Virus record (IMG/VR): IMGVR_UViG_3300048598_000369
Location: 1-33,618 of that record
Length of the DNA stretch: 33,618 bases
Origin: a virus
Taxonomy: Duplodnaviria; Caudoviricetes
Direction: 5' to 3' (one strand)
Within the stretch, counting starts at the first letter, position 1, and the number at the start of each line of letters is the position of its first letter. Positions 8,866-15,987 of this stretch are shown here, piece by piece. The notes under the pieces are model-generated. The model saw only the letters and a list, made by a program, of their open reading frames with translations. It was not told the origin of the DNA and did no database searches. Made by a program: the position numbers and the translations under genes.

Positions 8866-9255
8866 CTGAGTGAATTTGCGTTACCCGCGTCAGGAAAAGA
8901 AACCTTCGGTTTGAATGGTCAAGTTAGCGAGCGCAAAAAGTTGCTTGCAGATAACGTTGCGACTACTGACGCGGAGCAGTTTAGCAGTTTTTTTGATATG
9001 CGCCTGTTTTCCAAAGCCGTTTTTCAAGCCATCAACTCGGGAAGCTATCCAGTTAAGTACTCGTTTTATGGCGCTATTGACCCTAGCATAAAGTGGGATC
9101 CTTTGCCGAACGGTCAAAATCAAGTTGTACCGGCTGGTGCTTCTCAGTTGCAAGCGCTTAGTGATTCTTATGCGTTTATCAAAGTTGGCTTTCAAAACAA
9201 CGTGGCAGGCAGCGCAAGCGTCTTTCAGGTACTTGTGGAGGCCAAGAACCGTTGA
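8866..9255 (+). CDS. Small beta-rich protein, probably virion-associated; likely CTG start at 8866 (track start 8911)
   Basis: GGAGGT at 8853-58 lies 7 nt before an in-frame CTG AGT GAA; the frame is open to 9255 and overlaps the next gene. Confidence 0.7.
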   Translation: MSEFALPASGKETFGLNGQVSERKKLLADNVATTDAEQFSSFFDMRLFSKAVFQAINSGSYPVKYSFYGAIDPSIKWDPLPNGQNQVVPAGASQLQALSDSYAFIKVGFQNNVAGSASVFQVLVEAKNR

Positions 9256-10454
9256 GTATGAACATGATGGGCATGGATCAATCCAAATTTGGCGGCAACT
9301 TTACTAAACATGCGCGTCTTGCAAATGCTCAAGAAGTGGTAATTAGCAATTTTCAATCAGGTCACGGGTGGGTAAAAGAGACAACAAGCGGCACAATGAC
9401 AGATGAAGCAACCGATTTTATTCGGGGAAATCAATGTCTAAAACTTGTTGGTCCTTCGGATGGGAACACACCACGCCTAAAATTAACTCTGGGTACACTT
9501 CTCGACATTACGGGCAAAGTTATCAAAATTATCTTGAAGGTTGATAACCCAGCGGCTCTCGTGAATTTACAGCTTGCCTGGTCGAGTGACGGTTTTGCTG
9601 CAAATTGGGTTCTTGTTAACTTCAAAGCGTTTGCGCCCAGCTTGCTCCCGGCTAATGAATGGTTCATCTTGACAGTTACGCCCAGCATGGTTACTGAAAC
9701 TCAGGGTTCAACAAACTTGACCGCGATTAACGCTTTCAGGTTCTATATGAGAGCAAACAATGGCGTGTCAACTACTCTTTGGCTAGGCGGTTTAAGCTAC
9801 CAATTAAATCCTGCCGAGGCAGCCTGCGTTCTAACATTCGACGACGGATTTGTTAGCCAATACACTGAAGCAAGAAAGAAAATGGACACCTACAATTTCC
9901 TAGGCGTCGCCTACATCATTAACGAGTACATTGATGTTAACCCATCATACATGACTTTGGCGCAACTGCTAGAATTGCAGAATTTTCACGGCTGGGATAT
10001 TGGCGGTCACGCAAGCGGACCTTTCGATGCGTATGGCGATTTACAGTTGGAAGCCAAACTTGCAAGCATCAAAGAATACCTCTTAAGAAACGGCCTTGCG
10101 AAAGGCGCGGAGCATTTAGCGTATCCCAACGGCGTGCACAACCCCACAATCAGACACTTAACAAGCAAATACTTCACTGCCCGAACCGTAACCACTGCCT
10201 CAGAAGTTAATCCGCCATCCGATTACATGCGGCTTAAAGTGTTCATGGTTACTAACACGACAACAACCGGCGCGATCGCAAATGCCGTTACCAACGCCTT
10301 AAACAATAAGGAACTTTTGATTTTGGTATTCCACAAAATAGTTACAAGCCCAGCGGTTGAGACCGAATTTAGCATTGCAAACTTTTCCACAGTCATTGAT
10401 AACATCAAGACTCAGGGCATCAAAGTTAAAACTTTAAGCGACATTTTCGGGTGA
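9252..10454 (+). CDS. Polysaccharide deacetylase (NodB/CE4) with N-terminal carbohydrate-binding-like beta-sandwich
   Basis: LTFDDG, GWDIGGH, HLAYPNG and LILVFHKI CE4 motifs; translationally coupled on both sides within the structural operon. Confidence 0.88.
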   Translation: MSMNMMGMDQSKFGGNFTKHARLANAQEVVISNFQSGHGWVKETTSGTMTDEATDFIRGNQCLKLVGPSDGNTPRLKLTLGTLLDITGKVIKIILKVDNPAALVNLQLAWSSDGFAANWVLVNFKAFAPSLLPANEWFILTVTPSMVTETQGSTNLTAINAFRFYMRANNGVSTTLWLGGLSYQLNPAEAACVLTFDDGFVSQYTEARKKMDTYNFLGVAYIINEYIDVNPSYMTLAQLLELQNFHGWDIGGHASGPFDAYGDLQLEAKLASIKEYLLRNGLAKGAEHLAYPNGVHNPTIRHLTSKYFTARTVTTASEVNPPSDYMRLKVFMVTNTTTTGAIANAVTNALNNKELLILVFHKIVTSPAVETEFSIANFSTVIDNIKTQGIKVKTLSDIFG

Positions 10455-10816
10455 CCAAAAAAGTGGCTTCTGTTGGTGTTGAGGACGTCCGAGATGTTAT
10501 TAATGTTGGGGATTCGGATATTCCCGACGCCAAAATAGAGAAGATGATTCAACGTGCTGCTGTCACGGTTGGGCTTGAAACCTCAAAAACTATAGATGCC
10601 CAAAACTGTACGGAGGCACAAAAAGAAGCCATAACCATTTTAGCTGCTGTTTATGCGGTCTGTTTCTTATCTGGCGGTTCGGCTATAGGGTTAAACTTCA
10701 CAGTAGGCGACCTTAACGTTACTCAATCATCGAAGGTGCCAAGCCTAGACGTGCTTCAAGCTGAATGTGCTCGCTTGATTGAAAAGCTAAAGACGCCCTA
10801 CATTGGGAGGGCTTAG
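10451..10816 (+). CDS. Head-tail adaptor (HK97 gp6/SPP1 gp15-like)
   Basis: About 120 aa; VEDVRDVI...IPDAKIEKMIQRA...AITILAA helices, then an FTVGDLNVT hairpin; position in the operon. Confidence 0.75.
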   Translation: MTKKVASVGVEDVRDVINVGDSDIPDAKIEKMIQRAAVTVGLETSKTIDAQNCTEAQKEAITILAAVYAVCFLSGGSAIGLNFTVGDLNVTQSSKVPSLDVLQAECARLIEKLKTPYIGRA

Positions 10817-10819
10817 CCC

Positions 10820-12403
10820 ATGGGTACTGTTCCTGACGCATATTTTCAGTTCATCATGCATTATGCGCCCTTCGTTTACGTGATACCGACTGCAATCGGC
10901 TCTGATGCTGCGGCTGGACAAAAAAACGTTACAGTTACAACGGGAGCCAATTTTGAATCAGGTTATCCGGTGCAGATTAGCGACGGCCTAAACAGTGAGT
11001 GGAACTTGGTTTCCTCGGTCGTGGGCAATGTCGTGACTATGCAAAACAATCTGCAACACACTTACCACGCGGCTGCTGGAAAAGTTGAAGGACCTGAACC
11101 TGCCTATGGGCGCGGCGTCATGTCTGCGTCTTTTGCTCTTGACTTCTTAGTCCAAGCCTATTCCGCTTCACAGTTTGCAGGCCAAAAAACTGCTATTCTC
11201 GCCAAAATCGTGGAGTTAGCCGATTGGATTCTAACCCAGCAATGCGTAAACGCGGCAAAGAAGGCTTACGGCGGCTTTGCAAGCGCTGAAGAAAGTACAC
11301 AGTATTGGAGTATTGACGCAGGCCGTTGCATTCTCGCTCTACTTTCAGCTTACCAGGTCACAGGCGATTCTCGATATTTGGCTGCGGCTAAGCTTTGTGG
11401 TGGTACTTTCCTTAAAACTGTTCAAGACGAGCAAGTTTATGGCGGGTTTGCCAGGGCTGTTGCAATAGATGATAACTGGCTCTATGAGCTTGATACTGAA
11501 TCCCTTTATTGCTTAATTGGTCTCAAACGGCTTATTGACGTTGACCCTTCAAATGCTGCCTTGTACCGGGGGATTGCCGATAAAGCAATTGCTTTTCTGC
11601 GCAGTGGGGTTGAGAATCTTTGGCTCTACTTTGAACCCGCAGATAGCCAATGGCATCGTGTTGGCTTAACTGAGAACGAAATTTACGATGATTCATTGGG
11701 CTTTGCGTTGCTTGGGCTGTACATTTACGAGGGATGGAGCGACACATGCAGAAACGTTTACAACAGCCTTCAAGGTATCAAAGCGCCTGCCGAGTTTCCA
11801 GCCTACAATCCTGCAATCTGTTGGCCTGGTTATATTGACGTTAAAAACCGTTCTCCTGCATGTGCCTATTATGATGATGTTACAAGCGGAATCCTTTGGC
11901 GAATCCGCGCCGCCCATGACAAACCAAGCCTGTACTTTAGCGTTCTAGTTGCCGAAAAATACCAAGCTGAGTTTATGAATTGGGGGCCTCTTTTTACGGA
12001 TTATAGCCCGATTACGCCTGCCAAAGCAATGGCAAACGTCAGTTGGCTTGCTCAACTCTTCTTAAACTACGTGAACCCTGCCTCGCCTTTTGCCCGAATC
12101 TTGACAAGTAAAGGAGAAAACTTGACGCTTTATCCGCTAAAAGGCGCCGGTGCAAGTTCCAGTTACGGCAATGCTCTAACCGTTAAAGCTGTTGTTGCTG
12201 CAAGTACCGCAGAGGAGCTTATTTTCGAAGTCGGCTATACACAGCAAGACTACATTACCGTTTATGGGCTTGCTTCTCTTCGTATGCATGACAAGGTTAG
12301 GCGTGCAGGCGTTGATTATGAAGTGCAGACGGTGCAGCCTTTTCTTGTTAATGGCGATCCAGAGTTTTTCAAGTGTGCCTGTCGGAGGTTAATCAATGGC
12401 TAA
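10820..12403 (+). CDS. Fusion: (alpha/alpha)6-barrel enzyme-like domain plus C-terminal head-closure (stopper)-like domain
   Basis: LADWILTQQ..YGGF and FLKTVQ..YGGF repeats, AYQVTGDSRYLAAA (six-hairpin/prenyltransferase-like). The C-terminal ~100 aa (GENLTLY..VKAVV..ITVYG..LRMHDKVRRAGVDYEVQTV..FFKCACRR) fits a stopper. Sits between adaptor and terminator. Confidence 0.7.
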   Translation: MGTVPDAYFQFIMHYAPFVYVIPTAIGSDAAAGQKNVTVTTGANFESGYPVQISDGLNSEWNLVSSVVGNVVTMQNNLQHTYHAAAGKVEGPEPAYGRGVMSASFALDFLVQAYSASQFAGQKTAILAKIVELADWILTQQCVNAAKKAYGGFASAEESTQYWSIDAGRCILALLSAYQVTGDSRYLAAAKLCGGTFLKTVQDEQVYGGFARAVAIDDNWLYELDTESLYCLIGLKRLIDVDPSNAALYRGIADKAIAFLRSGVENLWLYFEPADSQWHRVGLTENEIYDDSLGFALLGLYIYEGWSDTCRNVYNSLQGIKAPAEFPAYNPAICWPGYIDVKNRSPACAYYDDVTSGILWRIRAAHDKPSLYFSVLVAEKYQAEFMNWGPLFTDYSPITPAKAMANVSWLAQLFLNYVNPASPFARILTSKGENLTLYPLKGAGASSSYGNALTVKAVVAASTAEELIFEVGYTQQDYITVYGLASLRMHDKVRRAGVDYEVQTVQPFLVNGDPEFFKCACRRLING

Positions 12404-13367
12404 CATTGAAGACCCCAGCATTACCCTCGCCCGGCTCTTGAACACCTATCTGCGGGTAATTACTGATAGCGGCGGGCTTGCCAAAGTTTTTGTTAACCAG
12501 GAATGGTTCAACAATGAATTATCCAAAGCTTACGATGGGCAAGTTACCGTTGGGTTAAAAGAAAGTGTCGATCGGAAAGTCAATATGAGCGGCAGTATTC
12601 GACAGAAGGTTTACTTGCATCGAGTAAACGTTTGGGTTCAAGACAAACCCGAACAGACTACCCGACCAATGCGAGGCAAAATCTGTCTTGACCTTAACCG
12701 CGTCATCCATGAAAAACGCTACCATCCCAACGATACATTATATTATTTTATTGGGGTTGGGCAGCCAACAGAAACACACAAGGCGTATCATGCAGCATCA
12801 GCCTCAGAGTTAGCGCCTTCCGTTGCGGGTTGGACTGAGCTTTTAGACTTGGAGTATCAAAAAATTTGGTACTCTGACGACAACTATTTCGTTAAATCTG
12901 TGAGCGTTGCTTCGCAGCGGGCACTTATGCTTTTCCGCTTCAAAATTAGCTCTGAAAAAGCAGTGGCTAAACAAGCTGTTCTCAGTTTTGAGGGCTACGG
13001 AACCGCTCCCGGAGGCAACGGCGTAACAATCAAAGCTTGGAACTTTACCGCAGCCGCTTGGCAAAACTCCGTTTCGGGAACAAGCGGAGCCGACGAAACC
13101 TTAAGCCTAACATTGGCGACGCCTCAAGATTTCCTCGATTCAGACGGCTATGTGTACATGCTTGCAGAAACAACAAACGCCAGCAACGGGGCAACGGCTG
13201 CCGTTTTGAACTGCGATTACATACAGTGCGTTTGCACGGTCGAGGGCATAACTCATGTTGACATTGCTTCCTTCCGCGATATGGATACAGTGACCGTTAA
13301 GCCATTCATTTGGCGTACTGAGTTCACTGTAAAATCATGGTTGCTTGAGAATATTCAAACAACATAG
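12396..13367 (+). CDS. Tail terminator-like protein with an inserted beta-sandwich domain
   Basis: N-terminal part (LARLLNTYL..VTVG..HRVNVWV..MRGKICLDLNRVI) and C-terminal part (IASFRDMD..IWRTEFTVKSW) match the terminator topology and flank a ~170-aa beta-rich insert; lies before the tail tube. Confidence 0.6.
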   Translation: MANIEDPSITLARLLNTYLRVITDSGGLAKVFVNQEWFNNELSKAYDGQVTVGLKESVDRKVNMSGSIRQKVYLHRVNVWVQDKPEQTTRPMRGKICLDLNRVIHEKRYHPNDTLYYFIGVGQPTETHKAYHAASASELAPSVAGWTELLDLEYQKIWYSDDNYFVKSVSVASQRALMLFRFKISSEKAVAKQAVLSFEGYGTAPGGNGVTIKAWNFTAAAWQNSVSGTSGADETLSLTLATPQDFLDSDGYVYMLAETTNASNGATAAVLNCDYIQCVCTVEGITHVDIASFRDMDTVTVKPFIWRTEFTVKSWLLENIQTT

Positions 13368-13382
13368 GAAAGGTGAGAAAAA

Positions 13383-13553
13383 ATGGACGTACCCGAATTT
13401 AATAAAAAAATTCAAGAAACTTTTGTTGTAGTGGCAACTTGGCCTGAATGGTTACAAGCAATCGTTTTGGAAGACATCTTAGCAGCCGTTGAAAATAGAG
13501 TTCGCACCATGGACCTGATTCAACAACACAGCCTAGTAACTAAAAAAGACTAA
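13383..13553 (+). CDS. Small helical hypothetical protein (56 aa), not in ORF track
   Basis: MDVPEFNKKIQETFVVVATWPEWLQAIVLEDILAAVENRVRTMDLIQQHSLVTKKD; AGGTGA RBS at 13371-76; fills the gap between genes. Confidence 0.7.
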   Translation: MDVPEFNKKIQETFVVVATWPEWLQAIVLEDILAAVENRVRTMDLIQQHSLVTKKD

Positions 13554-13575
13554 TGGAAAAAAGGATTGAAAAAAC

Positions 13576-14439
13576 ATGGTTGAAACCTATAGCATCGACC
13601 AAACGCATCTCTTCTATATCGAAGAGGCAACACCCGGAACAACACCAAGTAACCCAGCAATGCTTAGCGTGCCAATTGAAGACATTAACCCCGGCTTTGA
13701 CCCGGGCAACTTGCTATTAAGGGCTGCTGGAAGCTCTGATTTAATGGCTATCAAAAAAGGGCTATGGAAGCCAGAATTAAACTTTAAGTACATTCTACCA
13801 TCATCTTCGCCCATCAACTTTCTGCAATACGCAAACAAGACCCTTGATAAAGCGCTGAGCATGCAAGTAATTTACCACAAAAGCATTTTCAGCACAGCAA
13901 CCGACATCTTAAGCTTAATTTACACTTACATGCGGGTAAACCGTGTTACCGTCTCCTGCGAAATTGACGATGTTGTGAGAGTTCAAGTTAATGCGCTTGG
14001 GCAGGGCTTAACCACTGGCGCAGCAAAAATCAGCGGTGCAACCTATACCGATTACACTGGCGCAGTAGCATTTAACGAAACAGACCTACAAATTGATACA
14101 GTCGCAAACTCAAGAGTCGTGGGCTGGCGTTTTGACATCAACAATAACGCAAGGCAAGTTCCAGTTTTACGGGCAACAAACGGGCATCTTGCAAAATACG
14201 TTCCCTTTGGCAGCCGCAGCTTATCCGGTGAAGTACGCTTTGAATTTGAATCAAAACAAGAACTAGATGATGCCATAGCAGACACCGAAAGAACCCTTAG
14301 ATTTGGGTTAGGCGGAACAAATTACGCTGAATTTACCGGGTGCAAATGGTCCTCAATTCAAACTGAAAAACTTCTGGAAGACTTAATCAGCGTAAGAGCC
14401 GCTTTTGACGCTAAATCAATGACTATAGCGGCAAGCTAA
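13576..14439 (+). CDS. Major tail tube protein
   Basis: YIEEATPGTTP start, VNRVTVSC, GWRFDINNN and GSRSLSGEVRFEF motifs; upstream of the chaperone. No sheath gene, so siphovirus-type. Confidence 0.85.
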   Translation: MVETYSIDQTHLFYIEEATPGTTPSNPAMLSVPIEDINPGFDPGNLLLRAAGSSDLMAIKKGLWKPELNFKYILPSSSPINFLQYANKTLDKALSMQVIYHKSIFSTATDILSLIYTYMRVNRVTVSCEIDDVVRVQVNALGQGLTTGAAKISGATYTDYTGAVAFNETDLQIDTVANSRVVGWRFDINNNARQVPVLRATNGHLAKYVPFGSRSLSGEVRFEFESKQELDDAIADTERTLRFGLGGTNYAEFTGCKWSSIQTEKLLEDLISVRAAFDAKSMTIAAS

Positions 14440-14445
14440 GCAGAG

Positions 14446-14898
14446 TTGGATCCTATGAGAGAAGAAAAATTAGAAATTGGCAACGAGTACGGCGAAGAGT
14501 TCAAAGGAACCTACACTTTCAAAGAAATGTTCTGGGCTAAAAAGAACCGCATCATCCAAAAACACACCCAATATAGCGGCGTCACTGGCGAAGTTGTAAA
14601 AAGCGATTACATAGCCATCCAAGCCGAATCAATCATGGGCAGCCTTCACGGTCAACCCGCAAACAAACCTATCTCTCTTGAACGCTTGCTCAGTGAAACC
14701 GAAGGCATCCCGGGTGAACTTGGCGAAAAGTTTGCTCGAATCGTTGAAAGCCTTAACAGCGTTGGCAAGGCAGATTTGCGTTTTTTATTAGCGCAATTAA
14801 GCGAAAAAGACCGCACCGAGCTATTACAGAGTTTAGGCTATGCAAAGAGTTCGGTTGGACACCCAACCAGCTTGCCAGACAACCCGCCAAAACAGTAA
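14446..14898 (+). CDS. Tail assembly chaperone (gpG-like, zero-frame product)
   Basis: Follows the tail tube and contains a slippery heptamer. Confidence 0.8.
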   Translation: MDPMREEKLEIGNEYGEEFKGTYTFKEMFWAKKNRIIQKHTQYSGVTGEVVKSDYIAIQAESIMGSLHGQPANKPISLERLLSETEGIPGELGEKFARIVESLNSVGKADLRFLLAQLSEKDRTELLQSLGYAKSSVGHPTSLPDNPPKQ

Positions 14899-14975
14899 CC
14901 GAATTTATTGTTATCTTAAAAGAAATTGACCGAGAAATTGAGGAAGAAAACAAAAAGGGAGCACCTAAGAAATAA
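14446..14975 (+). CDS. Tail assembly chaperone, -1 frameshifted form (gpGT-like)
   Basis: After 14787 the -1 frame reads ISAIKRKRPHRAITEFRLCKEFGWTPNQLARQPAKTVTEFIVILKEIDREIEEENKKGAPKK. Its TAA (14973-75) overlaps the next ATG. Confidence 0.85.
14781..14787 (+). other. Programmed -1 ribosomal frameshift slippery site T TTT TTA
   Basis: X XXY YYZ heptamer in the correct phase (CGT TTT TTA). Confidence 0.85.
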
Positions 14976-15337
14976 TGGAAGTTTCGCTTAATGTGTCTGG
15001 CTTTGAAGGCGTGAAGGAAGCGTTAAGTAGATTTGACGCCGCCATGATTGCCCAGGTACACGATAAACTTGTTGAATGGTGCGAAGCCGTTAGGACTTTA
15101 GCGCAGTCTGCCGCTCCCGTCCGCACTGGCTATCTAAGAGACCACATTTATGCTGAGGTTAACGATTGGATTGGCAATGTCGGTTCGGAAGCCGCCTATA
15201 GCGTTTTTGTTGAGCAAGGTACCCGTTACATGAAAGCGCAGCCTTTTCTTTTTCCAGCAATTCAGGCGCAACTGCCACAGCTTGAAGCGTTTCTAATTGA
15301 AGCAATTAATCAGGCAAAGGAGTCCACAGGGCTTTGA
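14975..15337 (+). CDS. HK97 gp10-like neck/tail-completion protein
   Basis: APVRTGYLRDHI and YSVFVEQGTRYMKAQPFLFPA signature. Confidence 0.9.
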   Translation: MEVSLNVSGFEGVKEALSRFDAAMIAQVHDKLVEWCEAVRTLAQSAAPVRTGYLRDHIYAEVNDWIGNVGSEAAYSVFVEQGTRYMKAQPFLFPAIQAQLPQLEAFLIEAINQAKESTGL

Positions 15338-15987
15338 GCAGTCCATCATTAAGTGAAATATCCATTGCAGTACGTGCAGAAAATAAGGCTTCAAACACTT
15401 TTAGGCAAGTAGCTCTTGACGTTGCAAGCTTGGGCGCCGCGTTTGGCGTCTTAACAAATGACCAAGTAAAGTTTGTTTCAATCGCATTTACGGCTGTGCG
15501 TGTAGTGGAAAGCTTAGGCGCTATTCTGAAAGCCACATCGGTCGCGCATTACTTAGAAGCGGCTGCGTGTTGGGTAGCAAATACGGCAATGACCGCGTTA
15601 AACATTAGCTTTGCCACTTTCTTGGCCTTAACAGGCGTTGGCATAGCTGCAATAGTGACGGCAGCCGCAGTTATGGCAAGCTTTGCTTCAAGCATGAATA
15701 ACGCCAGTGCATCAGTGCAGAACTTTAATTCGGCAGCCTCAGAAATGCCAACTTCATCAAGAAAAATAACCCGGTCAGGCGATAGCATAATTTATCAAAC
15801 AAGAGCAGCAACAGACCAAAACGGCAGCGCTCAACCATACCCTGGGACGTTGCGTAATTCCGAGCCGCGAGCACCAAACATTAAGCATTCAACAACCTTA
15901 ACCCATTCAACGCAGACTAGCAGACCAGGAACGCTAAAAGAACATAGCGATAATTTGCTGTTGTACCGTAAGGGCGTGGAAACGTGA
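15334..15987 (+). CDS. Very short tape-measure-like protein (217 aa)
   Basis: ISIAVRAENKAS..F N-terminus typical of TMPs; Ala-rich amphipathic/hydrophobic helices; lies between chaperone/gp10 and hub. Confidence 0.7.
   Translation: MSSPSLSEISIAVRAENKASNTFRQVALDVASLGAAFGVLTNDQVKFVSIAFTAVRVVESLGAILKATSVAHYLEAAACWVANTAMTALNISFATFLALTGVGIAAIVTAAAVMASFASSMNNASASVQNFNSAASEMPTSSRKITRSGDSIIYQTRAATDQNGSAQPYPGTLRNSEPRAPNIKHSTTLTHSTQTSRPGTLKEHSDNLLLYRKGVET

Noticed and set aside
8890-9195. 101-aa minus ORF
   Set aside because: The plus-strand ORF has an RBS and is coupled to the operon.
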